DNA from: Anaerolineales bacterium
GTDB taxonomy: Bacteria > Chloroflexota > Anaerolineae > Anaerolineales > UBA11579
Direction of reading: 5' to 3'
DNA length: 64,000 nt
Assembly (NCBI GenBank): GCA_019637675.1
Contig: JAHBVE010000003.1
Location: 79,696 to 143,695 of the forward strand
Shown: piece after piece, positions 55,982 to 64,000 of the stretch
Position numbering within the stretch: the first letter of the stretch is position 1
Layout of the letters: every line of letters begins with the position of its first letter
Position numbers and translations under genes: made by a program
Notes under the pieces: generated by a model
Told to the model about the DNA's origin: nothing
Databases searched by the model: none
The model's input: the letters and a program-made list of their open reading frames with translations, nothing else

Positions 55982-56519
55982 GACCTATCAAGTTCAGGTT
56001 GCTGGGCTCACCCGCGAGTTGCCGCTCTTCGAGGTGGCCCCAGGCGTCACCATTGCCATCCTCAACATCCTGGGCGATGTAGAGCTGGTACGCGCCTGCG
56101 CCAAAGCATTGGCGCACAAACTTGCCCAAACCGAATATGACGTGCTGCTCAGTGCAGAAGCCAAGAGCATTCCGCTCATTCACACTCTGGCCGAAGAAGC
56201 CAACAAACCTTACGTGGTGCTGCGCAAGAACTATAAGTCCTATATGGGTGATGTCATCTCGGCCGAAACGGTGTCCATCACCACCAACTCCACCCAAACC
56301 CTGTACCTTGATGCCAAGGATCTGCCGCTGGTCGCCGGCCGCCGCGTCGTACTACTAGACGACGTGGTAAGCACCGGTTCAACTCAGCAAGGGATGCGCG
56401 CTGTCGTCGAGAAAGCGGGCGGCAGCGTTGTCGCCGAGGCTGCCATCTTCACAGAAGGCGACCGCGCCAAATGGGTTCACATCATTTCCCTCGGGCATCT
56501 ACCTGTATTTACTTCGTAA
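55965..56519 (+). CDS. Type I phosphoribosyltransferase (purine/adenine PRT-like)
   Basis: PRPP loop VVLLDDVVSTGST. The start may be the second ATG at 55974. Confidence 0.75.
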   Translation: MSRMDKTYQVQVAGLTRELPLFEVAPGVTIAILNILGDVELVRACAKALAHKLAQTEYDVLLSAEAKSIPLIHTLAEEANKPYVVLRKNYKSYMGDVISAETVSITTNSTQTLYLDAKDLPLVAGRRVVLLDDVVSTGSTQQGMRAVVEKAGGSVVAEAAIFTEGDRAKWVHIISLGHLPVFTS

Positions 56520-56690
56520 AGGTTTTGTTATCGCTGTGCCACTTTGTGTGAGCTCTCCACATAAAGTGCTATACTTTTTGTGAAATCCAATGCCCCTTTG
56601 AAATAACTAGGGCATTTCCCACTCTGACGTATCTCGTTGTTGTTCTCTGCGCAGTTGGCGCGGGACTGCCCAACTGGGCACTTGTTTATC

Positions 56691-57911
56691 ATGAGTACTG
56701 TTGCCATCCTCCACTATTCTGGGCCGCCGATCGTTGGCGGCGTTGAAAGCGTGATCGATCATCATGCTCGCATGCTGGTTGCCGCGGGCCATTCCGTGCG
56801 CATCATCGCGGGGCGCGGCCAGGCTACCGACCGCCGGATCGCTTTCACCAAGATCCCTCTGCTTGACTCTCGCCATTCACGCGTCCTGGCCGCCAAGCAG
56901 GCCCTGGATTCCGGCCGGGTGCCGGACACTTGGCCCGGTTTGGTCTCTGATATCTCCTCTCGTTTACACAACGCCTTATCGGGCGTAGATGTGGTCATTG
57001 CTCACAACGTGGCCTCGCTCCACAAAAACTTGGCGTTGACCACGGCGCTGTATGAGCTCTCGCTCCAGCCCAGCTTCCCACGCCTGATCCTTTGGAACCA
57101 TGACCTGGCTTGGGGCTCCGACCGCTACGGGCACGAGCTTCACGCCGGCCAGCCCTGGGATCTACTGCGCATACCCTGGCCGGCAGCGACCCAGGTAACC
57201 ATTTCCAGCGCCAGGCAGGTAGAGCTCGCAAACCTGCTTCAGATCCCTGCTGGGCAGATCCTTGTTGTTCCCAATGGTGTTAGCCCACGCCTATTCTTCA
57301 AGTTAGGCCGTCTCTCGATCGAGTTGGTCAACTCACTGGATCTATTGTCTGCCAGCCCGCTGCTCTTAATGCCCGTGCGCCTGACCAGCCGCAAGAATAT
57401 TGAGCTGGCCTTGGAAACATTATCCATATTGCGCAAGCGTCTCCCTGAGGCGCGGCTGGTGATTACAGGCCCATTGGGTCCGCACAACCCAGCCAATCAA
57501 AGCTACTTCGATAAGCTATTGCAGTTGCGCAGCAAACTTGGTTTGGAATCTCATGCGCACTTCCTGGCTGAGCATGTATCTGGTTTCATCCCAGATGAGG
57601 TTATCAGTGATCTCTATCAGCTGGCCGATGCGCTTTTCCTGCCCAGCAAAGATGAAGGGTTTGGCATCCCCGTGCTGGAAGCTGGTCTGGCGGGACTGCC
57701 GGTATTCTGCTCAAGCATCCCGGCCCTGGAAGAGCTGGCGGGCGAGGAAGCCCATTACTTCGCGCCAGATTCCGGGCCGGAGCCCATAGCCGACTTGATA
57801 AGCGACGCGCTGCAGTCTGACCCAACATGGCGCCTGCGGGCACGCGTGCGCAGCCAATACACCTGGCAGCAGATCTACAACCAGTATTTAGCGCCTCTGG
57901 TGGCAGCATGA
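56691..57911 (+). CDS. GT4-family (GT-B) glycosyltransferase
   Basis: VGGVESVI N-terminus and the C-terminal EGFGIPVLEAGLAGLPV (E-x7-E region). Start at MSTVAILH. Confidence 0.8.
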   Translation: MSTVAILHYSGPPIVGGVESVIDHHARMLVAAGHSVRIIAGRGQATDRRIAFTKIPLLDSRHSRVLAAKQALDSGRVPDTWPGLVSDISSRLHNALSGVDVVIAHNVASLHKNLALTTALYELSLQPSFPRLILWNHDLAWGSDRYGHELHAGQPWDLLRIPWPAATQVTISSARQVELANLLQIPAGQILVVPNGVSPRLFFKLGRLSIELVNSLDLLSASPLLLMPVRLTSRKNIELALETLSILRKRLPEARLVITGPLGPHNPANQSYFDKLLQLRSKLGLESHAHFLAEHVSGFIPDEVISDLYQLADALFLPSKDEGFGIPVLEAGLAGLPVFCSSIPALEELAGEEAHYFAPDSGPEPIADLISDALQSDPTWRLRARVRSQYTWQQIYNQYLAPLVAA

Positions 57912-59749
57912 AGCTCAACCGCAAATCTGACCTGCTGCGCCATATCCTTGTACCCGTTATCGACGGCTGCGATATGGAGTTGCCGCGCACGCTGGGCCAC
58001 CTGCTTGCGGGCGAGCAACCGCAACTCTTAGGCATTGTGCCGGTAGACCAAAACGAATCGTTGAGCACCGGCACCGCCCCTGCCCGTCAACTGCGCGCCG
58101 TGATACGTAGCGTGCCGGGCGTACAGCCTCTGCGCACCATGGTTTCGCACCAACCCTGGCAGGAATTGCTGGCAGTGGTGGCGGACGAGGAGCCAGACCT
58201 GCTGATCCTCGAATACCCGACCGCGCTCAAAAAGCTCGGCGTGTCGCTTGACACTCTGCTGCGCGAACTCCCGTGTGACGTAGCCCTCATCCGCGGCCCC
58301 TTACCGCGCAAGCTCAGCAAGATCCTGGTCGCCCTACGCGGTGGCCCCTTTGCCGAACTTGCCCTGCGCTTGGCACTGACGCTTTCCCGCGCCAGTGGCG
58401 CCCGCGTACAGTCCCTGCATGTGCGCTCCACGCGCAAGCCAGACATCCCCTCCGCCAAGCGGGTGGCCGCCCAACGTGATGCTGCGTTCCGCGGCCTGCA
58501 ACGCGTACTGCAAAACCTTCCTGAGGTCGAGCAGCTCCAGCTTCAAAGCAGCGACCCGGCCTTATCCATCATTCGGGCTTCGCGCCGCAGCAGCCTTACC
58601 ATCCTGGGCGTCGCGGCCCACTTCCCCGCCACCGGCCCCAGCTTTGGCCGCACGGTCCAACGCGTACTCAGCGAGAGCGCCGGCAGCGTCATCTTGGTGC
58701 GCTCCAGCCAGCCCCTGCCCAAGGGCGCGCTGACCGAAAGTGCGGGAAGCAAGGCCATCTCCGTACTGGTGGACAAGTGGTTCGCAGAGAACACGTACCA
58801 TGCTGATGAGTTTTCAGACCTGAAGCAGCTGGTAGCACTCAAAGAACAGCAGGGGCTGACCATCAGCCTGGCCATGCCATCTTTGAACGAAGAGGCCACC
58901 GTTGGCAAGGTGATCCGCACGGTCAAGACCGCCCTCATGGAACGCGTCCCGCTGGTCGACGAGATTGTCTTGATTGATTCAGGTTCCACGGATCGCACCC
59001 GCGCCATCGCCGAGAATCTCGGCGTACCCTCCTACGTGCATCAAGACCTGCTGCCCGAACATGGAGCACGCCGCGGCAAAGGGGAGGCGCTGTGGAAGAG
59101 CCTGCATGTCACCCGCGGCGATATCCTGGCCTGGATCGACACCGATATCGTCAACATCCACCCGCGTTTCGTCTACGGGCTGCTTGGCCCGTTGCTGGTC
59201 AATCCCAAATTGCAATTCATCAAGGGCTTCTACCGTCGCCCGCTGCGGGTCGGCCGCCAGCTGACCGCCGGCGGCGGCGGCCGCGTGACCGAGCTCACCG
59301 CCCGCCCCATGCTCAACCTGTTTTATCCGGAGCTCTCGGGGGTCGTGCAGCCGCTCTCTGGCGAATACGGCGGCCGTCGCTCGGCGCTGGAGAAACTGAC
59401 TTTCTACTCAGGTTACGGGGTCGAAACCGGCTTGCTGATCGACATGCTCGAAAAATTCGGCCTCTCCGCCATCGGCCAGACCGATCTGATGGAGCGCATC
59501 CACCACAATCAAAGCCTGGAAGCATTGAGCATGATGTCGTTCGCCATCATCCAGGTGGTCATTCACAAGCTGGAAGCTCGCAAAGGGATCGAACTGATCG
59601 AAGAGGTCAACAAGACCATGAAGCTGATCCACTACACGGACGAGCGCTTCTCGCTCGATGTGCAGGAGATCAACGAGCAGTCCCGCCCGCCGATGATCAC
59701 GCTGCCGGAGTACAAGAAAGCCCAGCCGCGCCCACGCAAACGCCGTTAG
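57908..59749 (+). CDS. gpgS: Tandem USP-like domains fused to glucosyl-3-phosphoglycerate synthase (GT81)
   Basis: The C-terminal ~320 aa carry SLNEEATVG, IDSGSTD, WIDTDI and GGGRVTELTARP as in GpgS. The N-terminal ~290 aa are two USP-like alpha/beta units. ATGA overlap with the GT4 gene. Confidence 0.8.
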   Translation: MKLNRKSDLLRHILVPVIDGCDMELPRTLGHLLAGEQPQLLGIVPVDQNESLSTGTAPARQLRAVIRSVPGVQPLRTMVSHQPWQELLAVVADEEPDLLILEYPTALKKLGVSLDTLLRELPCDVALIRGPLPRKLSKILVALRGGPFAELALRLALTLSRASGARVQSLHVRSTRKPDIPSAKRVAAQRDAAFRGLQRVLQNLPEVEQLQLQSSDPALSIIRASRRSSLTILGVAAHFPATGPSFGRTVQRVLSESAGSVILVRSSQPLPKGALTESAGSKAISVLVDKWFAENTYHADEFSDLKQLVALKEQQGLTISLAMPSLNEEATVGKVIRTVKTALMERVPLVDEIVLIDSGSTDRTRAIAENLGVPSYVHQDLLPEHGARRGKGEALWKSLHVTRGDILAWIDTDIVNIHPRFVYGLLGPLLVNPKLQFIKGFYRRPLRVGRQLTAGGGGRVTELTARPMLNLFYPELSGVVQPLSGEYGGRRSALEKLTFYSGYGVETGLLIDMLEKFGLSAIGQTDLMERIHHNQSLEALSMMSFAIIQVVIHKLEARKGIELIEEVNKTMKLIHYTDERFSLDVQEINEQSRPPMITLPEYKKAQPRPRKRR

Positions 59750-61068
59750 TCAGTTGCGCTTGCAACCTCATCCATATACGCCTTGATGCTGGGAACCCCG
59801 CTCATGCGGGCGTAGTAGAAATTATTGACCAGGTTTATCACCTCAGCCCGTGCCGCCTCGGCCCGGCCGGAGAGCGGCTCACCCTGATGCTCCCGAGAGA
59901 GAATATCGCGTAGTTGCAGCAGCTCGCGCACGATCTCCTGCTCCTCTGTTCCTTCCAACACCTTGACCACCGCCAGGATCAACTGGTCAGTCTGTGCCAG
60001 CATGTGATCTATCTCCACAGAAGAGTCCGGGTGAAAACAATCATCGATGGTGCGGATGAGCGACCAGACTTGATAGAGCACCGTAGCCGGCTCATCGAAC
60101 AGTTCCCGCAGGAACGCCGCGTCGCCATAGCGCCCCGTCAGGCGGAAGATGTTGTACATGCGCTTGGCCGCCTTGCCAAAATTGCGGTCCTTGGTCACAT
60201 AGGTGCGCACTTGCTTTTCCAGTTGGCGCACATATTCATCCAATGCGTCACCATCCACCTGCTTAGCCAGCTTGGTGAACAGCGGGATCGACTCAGCTTC
60301 CAAATACACTTCCTGAAAGTACGGATCTAAGTAGCCGTCCAGCGGCGTCAGCGTGCCGTCCGGCGCCTGCCAGGTCACATCCAGCATGTTACTGGCGTTC
60401 ACCAGTTGTTTGCGCACTGGATCCACCACCACCCAATCCAGCTTGCACCAGCCCGGTTCAGCCGCCACATCCTCCCAGGTGAGGGTAAGTGGCTGGCCGC
60501 TGCTGTCCTGCAGATCCAGCTTGCCAGCCTGCACCTCGGCCGCGCTCCAGGAGACAGAGGAGCCCATGCTCAACTCACGTCCTTCGCGTTGAACCGGCTG
60601 TGGGTAGTTGCCATACTTGACCTCCATCAACTGGAATGTCGGCCCGCGCAGCGTGGATAACGCCTTGTCGCGGATCAGCTGGGCCAGCACGTTGCAGGCC
60701 TCCTCGCGCGTATCGGCAATGATATTCACGCGCTCAAAGTAGTCTGCATCGCCCGGGTAAGTCTGGATCTTCGATTGGGCTGCCGAGCCGGAGAGCGCCA
60801 GCGCGGTCTCCACTTTGCCGGGCACATCATAGAACTCCACCAGCTTGCCCAGCTTACGGAAATGCTCCAGATCCTCTGAACTAAAATCCAGCATGCTTAG
60901 GCGGTGGCCAAACACACCGGCTTTGACATCCACCACCACATCGTCTTGCCCACTGTCCACCGCCGCGGCGGTCAACCATTGCAGGGCTTCAGTTTCATTA
61001 ATCTGCACGCCCAAACGGTTAGCCGATTCAATGATGCGTTGCAGATCTTGTTTAGCCTGGCTGTCCAT
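59746..61068 (-). CDS. Uncharacterised Pol-beta-fold nucleotidyltransferase-like protein
   Basis: LSGSAAQSKIQTYPGDADYFERV is a GS-x11-DxD motif, and KLDWVVVD is a candidate third acidic strand. The rest is helical. Start ATG at 61068, 4 nt after GAGGAGA. Confidence 0.6.
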   Translation of the reverse strand: MDSQAKQDLQRIIESANRLGVQINETEALQWLTAAAVDSGQDDVVVDVKAGVFGHRLSMLDFSSEDLEHFRKLGKLVEFYDVPGKVETALALSGSAAQSKIQTYPGDADYFERVNIIADTREEACNVLAQLIRDKALSTLRGPTFQLMEVKYGNYPQPVQREGRELSMGSSVSWSAAEVQAGKLDLQDSSGQPLTLTWEDVAAEPGWCKLDWVVVDPVRKQLVNASNMLDVTWQAPDGTLTPLDGYLDPYFQEVYLEAESIPLFTKLAKQVDGDALDEYVRQLEKQVRTYVTKDRNFGKAAKRMYNIFRLTGRYGDAAFLRELFDEPATVLYQVWSLIRTIDDCFHPDSSVEIDHMLAQTDQLILAVVKVLEGTEEQEIVRELLQLRDILSREHQGEPLSGRAEAARAEVINLVNNFYYARMSGVPSIKAYMDEVASATD

Positions 61069-61657
61069 AGGTCTCCTCAAGGTCTTTCAATATGGCGGCG
61101 AATAATGCCGCTCCTTGGCGGGCATCTTGCTCTGCATTATGGTCCAGCACTTCATGCTGGCCATAATAGCTGCTTACATGCTGAAAAGCGGTCTCGCTCC
61201 AGGGTACGCCGCGCAAGCCAAAGAAAACTGCTTTGATATCCAAGGCGCGGTGCCCAAAAGGATTATGGCCCAAATAATGGTGCAAATAGTCGTTGATATA
61301 CATCCAATCAAAGGGGGCATTAAAGGCCACGAACACCGGGGCACTACTCCCCGCCTGTGCCTGCACCCAATCCACAAATTGCTGCAGCCCCTCTTTGACC
61401 GGTAGGCCTGTTTGCGCTAAATGGTCCAGGTTCAGCTTATGAATGCGCGCCGCTTCTTCAGTTTGGCCAGGCTTGTCTGGCTGCAATTCAACATAGAACG
61501 AGGTCTGCGGGTCGCTCACCAGCGCGGCCCCGATCGATAGCAGGGCATAATCTGCTGGGTTCGGGCCGGCAGTTTCCACATCGATGCATATGTACGTTGG
61601 TTTGGTTTGGCTCACCCGCGGGATTGTAGCATGCACCCATTCAGCAGCACTAACCAC
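61052..61657 (-). CDS. DEDDh-family 3'-5' exonuclease (DnaQ/RNase T-like)
   Basis: ExoI ICIDVETAG, ExoII FNAPFDWMY, ExoIII HNAEQDA. The start is uncertain (GTG at 61657 or GTG at 61615). Confidence 0.8.
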   Translation of the reverse strand: MVSAAEWVHATIPRVSQTKPTYICIDVETAGPNPADYALLSIGAALVSDPQTSFYVELQPDKPGQTEEAARIHKLNLDHLAQTGLPVKEGLQQFVDWVQAQAGSSAPVFVAFNAPFDWMYINDYLHHYLGHNPFGHRALDIKAVFFGLRGVPWSETAFQHVSSYYGQHEVLDHNAEQDARQGAALFAAILKDLEETYGQPG

Positions 61658-61676
61658 ACGCCAATCATGCGCCTTG

Positions 61677-61682
61677 TATAAT
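61677..61682 (+). promoter_or_regulatory. Consensus -10 box (TATAAT) placed 6 nt before an ATG, a candidate leaderless promoter
   Basis: ttgTATAATctccgaATG, with the ATG at 61689. Confidence 0.4.
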
Positions 61683-61688
61683 CTCCGA

Positions 61689-63545
61689 ATGCCCCGAACC
61701 TTTTACATGACCGCCGCCTTGCTGCTTGCTATCATCCTGAGCGCGTGCGGCCAGGCTGGCGATGCCAGCACTCCCACGCCAGAAGCCACCTCCACGCCAA
61801 ACGTACCTCAAGTCCTGAACATCTGCATGGCCAGTGAGCCAAGCTCGCTGTATATCTATGCCGATAGCTCCAGCAGCGCGGCCGCGGTGCGCCAGGCCAT
61901 TTACGACGGCCCCTTTGACCTGCAAAACTATGTCGCCGAAGGCGTGATCTTTGAAACCCAGCCCGCGCCGACTGTGCAAGCTGTCACCGTTCGCCAGGGC
62001 GACCTGATCGTCGATGCCTACGGACGCGTCGCCACTTTGGGGCCTGGCGTAATGGTGCGCCCCGCCGGCTGCCAAAGCGGCGATTGTATGCAGGCCTATA
62101 CGGAAGGCGAGATCCAGCTCGACCAGGTGTCCACCACCTTCGTCTTGCAGTCAGGCCTGCGTTGGTCGGATGGCACGGCACTCACCGCCAACGATTCGGT
62201 GTTCTCGTTCCAGATCGTCTCCGCTGACGAGACCCCCAGCAACAAAGACATCATTGCAAAAACCGCCAGCTACACCGCCGCGGACGAACGCACCGTCACC
62301 TGGGTCGGCCTGCCCGGCTTTGTGGACGCACATGCAGCGACGCGCTTCTGGCATCCCTTGCCCCAGCACACCCTCGGCGGTATTTCTCCCGCAGACCTGC
62401 TGACCAATGAGCAGGCAGCCCGCAGCCCGCTGGGCTGGGGGCCGTACACGATCACCGAATGGCTCGCCGGAGAGCGCATTCAGCTGGCGCGCAACACCAA
62501 CTACGCCGGCAGCCCCGCCAAACTTGCCGAGCTCAACTTTGTTTTCATCGGCAGTAACGCTGCAACCAGCGCGGCCGCATTGGCGGATGGCCGCTGTGAT
62601 CTACTGCTACCCTCCACAGGTTTGCAAACGCTCGAGGCGGCCGGCATGCAAGGCAGCCTTGTCCCGCAAGACCAATGGCTGCACCTCGTCTTCGGTATTG
62701 AGCCGCGCACCTATGATGATGGCTTCAACCCCTATTCAGATCGTGCTGATTATTTTGGAGACGTAGCCATGCGCCAGGCCTTGGCCCAGTGCATTGACCG
62801 CGGCGCCATTGCGAATGCGGTCAATGGCGCGCTGGCGACCGGTTACCTGCCCGCCAGCAGCCCGTACGCCAACCCCGGCGCCGCCTTACCCGCCTATGAC
62901 CCCGCCGCGGCCAATGGCAGCCTGGATGCGCTCGGCTGGATCAGTAGCGAAGACGGCCTGCGCCGCAGCCAAAGCTTCGCCGGGGCGCTGTTCGGCCAGG
63001 CGCTGGAGCTGCGCCTGGCGGCCAGCGATGATCCGCAGGAGCTGGCCGTGGCCGAGCTCATCCGCGCCAACCTGGCAGACTGCGGCGCGGCCGTGACCAT
63101 CGAGAGCTTGCCGGCCGCCGAGCTGTTTGCTACCGGGCCGGAAAGCCCCGTCTTCGGGCGCAACTTTGACTTGGCGCTGTTCGCCTGGCCCTTTGGCGAG
63201 CAGCCAGCCTGCTATCTTTTCCTGAGCGAAACTGTGCCCGGCTCCAACTCGAACATCCAACGCTATGGCTGGGGCGGCTGGAACGTGAGCGGCTGGCAGA
63301 ACGCTGAATTCGATGCGGCTTGCCACACCGCCCTCAACACGCTAGTAAGCGACCCTGCCCACACGCAAGCCCACCAGGCTGCGCACGCCATCTTTGCCGA
63401 ACAGTTGCCCGCTTTGCCGCTGGCCGTTCCGTTTGGCGTGGTGGCCGCCCGCCCAGACTTCTGCGGGCTGGAGGCCGACACCCAGCCCGGGGCGCGGCTG
63501 CTGCAAAGCATCGCTACCTACGGCTACGGCAGCCTGTGCCCGTAG
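61689..63545 (+). CDS. ABC transporter substrate-binding lipoprotein, family 5 (orphan copy)
   Basis: Lipobox ILSACG and a family-5-like core (WSDG, GWGPY segments). Start at MPRTFYM. Confidence 0.75.
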   Translation: MPRTFYMTAALLLAIILSACGQAGDASTPTPEATSTPNVPQVLNICMASEPSSLYIYADSSSSAAAVRQAIYDGPFDLQNYVAEGVIFETQPAPTVQAVTVRQGDLIVDAYGRVATLGPGVMVRPAGCQSGDCMQAYTEGEIQLDQVSTTFVLQSGLRWSDGTALTANDSVFSFQIVSADETPSNKDIIAKTASYTAADERTVTWVGLPGFVDAHAATRFWHPLPQHTLGGISPADLLTNEQAARSPLGWGPYTITEWLAGERIQLARNTNYAGSPAKLAELNFVFIGSNAATSAAALADGRCDLLLPSTGLQTLEAAGMQGSLVPQDQWLHLVFGIEPRTYDDGFNPYSDRADYFGDVAMRQALAQCIDRGAIANAVNGALATGYLPASSPYANPGAALPAYDPAAANGSLDALGWISSEDGLRRSQSFAGALFGQALELRLAASDDPQELAVAELIRANLADCGAAVTIESLPAAELFATGPESPVFGRNFDLALFAWPFGEQPACYLFLSETVPGSNSNIQRYGWGGWNVSGWQNAEFDAACHTALNTLVSDPAHTQAHQAAHAIFAEQLPALPLAVPFGVVAARPDFCGLEADTQPGARLLQSIATYGYGSLCP

Positions 63546-63546
63546 C

Positions 63547-64000
63547 CTAGCCGGCTTCTTGCATCAAGGCCGCAGCCTTGCGGCCGATCTCCACCGCAAA
63601 ATTGGTGCCGCGGTCCCACGGGTAGACCTGGCTCATGCTGGCAAAGTACAGACCCGGCATAGGGGTACGGATGGCGGGGATATTGCGGGAATGATCCACC
63701 AGCGGCACGGGCTGGGCATAGTTGGTCTTGTGCACCCATAACTTCTTGACCCAGCTGCGATCGAAGGCCGGGTTCACCCGCTGGATACCAGGCATGAAGC
63801 GATCCAGCAGTTCCTCATCGTTCAGCGAGAAGTATTCGTGCCCCAACTCCAAATAATCACCGCAGTACACAATATGGTCGCCGCCAAAGTGCTCTGACGA
63901 AACATAGTTGGTGTGTTCCACCAGGGCCAGGAAGGGGAAACCCGCGCTCTTGGGGATGTTGTACCAATAGTAGCCTTGCTCCGAGAGCTGGCGGTCGAGC
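63547..64000 (-). CDS. FAD-dependent oxidoreductase (amine oxidase/desaturase-like), N-terminal part beyond the window
   Basis: The frame stays open to the window edge (..LDRQLSEQGYYWYNIPKSAGFPFLALVEHTNYV..). The C-terminus GLYFASMSQVYPWDRGTN is typical of this fold. Confidence 0.6.
   Translation of the reverse strand, partial: LDRQLSEQGYYWYNIPKSAGFPFLALVEHTNYVSSEHFGGDHIVYCGDYLELGHEYFSLNDEELLDRFMPGIQRVNPAFDRSWVKKLWVHKTNYAQPVPLVDHSRNIPAIRTPMPGLYFASMSQVYPWDRGTNFAVEIGRKAAALMQEAG

Noticed and set aside
54914-56519. The PLD-family nuclease plus PRTase as a defence gene pair.
   Set aside because: The genes are divergent rather than operonic. The PLD protein has a lipoprotein signal and so is extracytoplasmic. 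The PRTase looks like an ordinary type I purine-salvage enzyme.

Overview
High-GC bacterial chromosome segment. Gene content, a two-nuoM complex I and GC-rich palindromic terminators suggest a Chloroflexota-like organism, but that assignment is low confidence. The window is densely coding and mostly core housekeeping. On the minus strand at the left edge: nadK, a split Cas4-like nuclease, translin, a DUF3467-like gene and ssb. Then panD, lexA with a GAAC-N4-GTTC box, rpsO-pnp and murE. An 11.5-kb minus-strand block contains only membrane-sector genes: nuoA-H-J-K-L-M-M-N followed by atpZ-atpB-atpE-atpF(b/delta). Further right: a P5C-dehydrogenase-like ALDH, a five-gene peptide-type ABC importer, rsgA, a class-B PBP, maf, xpt, guaA, holA, and GT4 plus USP-GpgS. 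I found no rRNA, tRNA, CRISPR array, transposase, integrase or reverse transcriptase. Many long ORFs in the track are antisense or out-of-frame artefacts of high GC; I chose internal starts where the track ORF ran into the upstream gene. Three loci look most worth a second look. (1) 6170-10886 is an operon of ATP-grasp, PglC-like phosphoglycosyl transferase and TPP-dependent E1 alpha and beta. It ends in a lipoyl-carrier domain fused to a NeuD/PglD-type sugar N-acyltransferase, possibly a CoA-bypassing acylation route. (2) 59746-61657 is an overlapping DEDDh 3'-5' exonuclease plus Pol-beta-fold nucleotidyltransferase pair with no recognisable partner. (3) 515-2732 is an ssb-linked operon with a TRAX-like translin and a Cas4-like nuclease interrupted by an in-frame TGA between two hydrophobic helices. 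Every functional call rests on motif reading of the supplied translations. No database search was run, so novelty is unverified.
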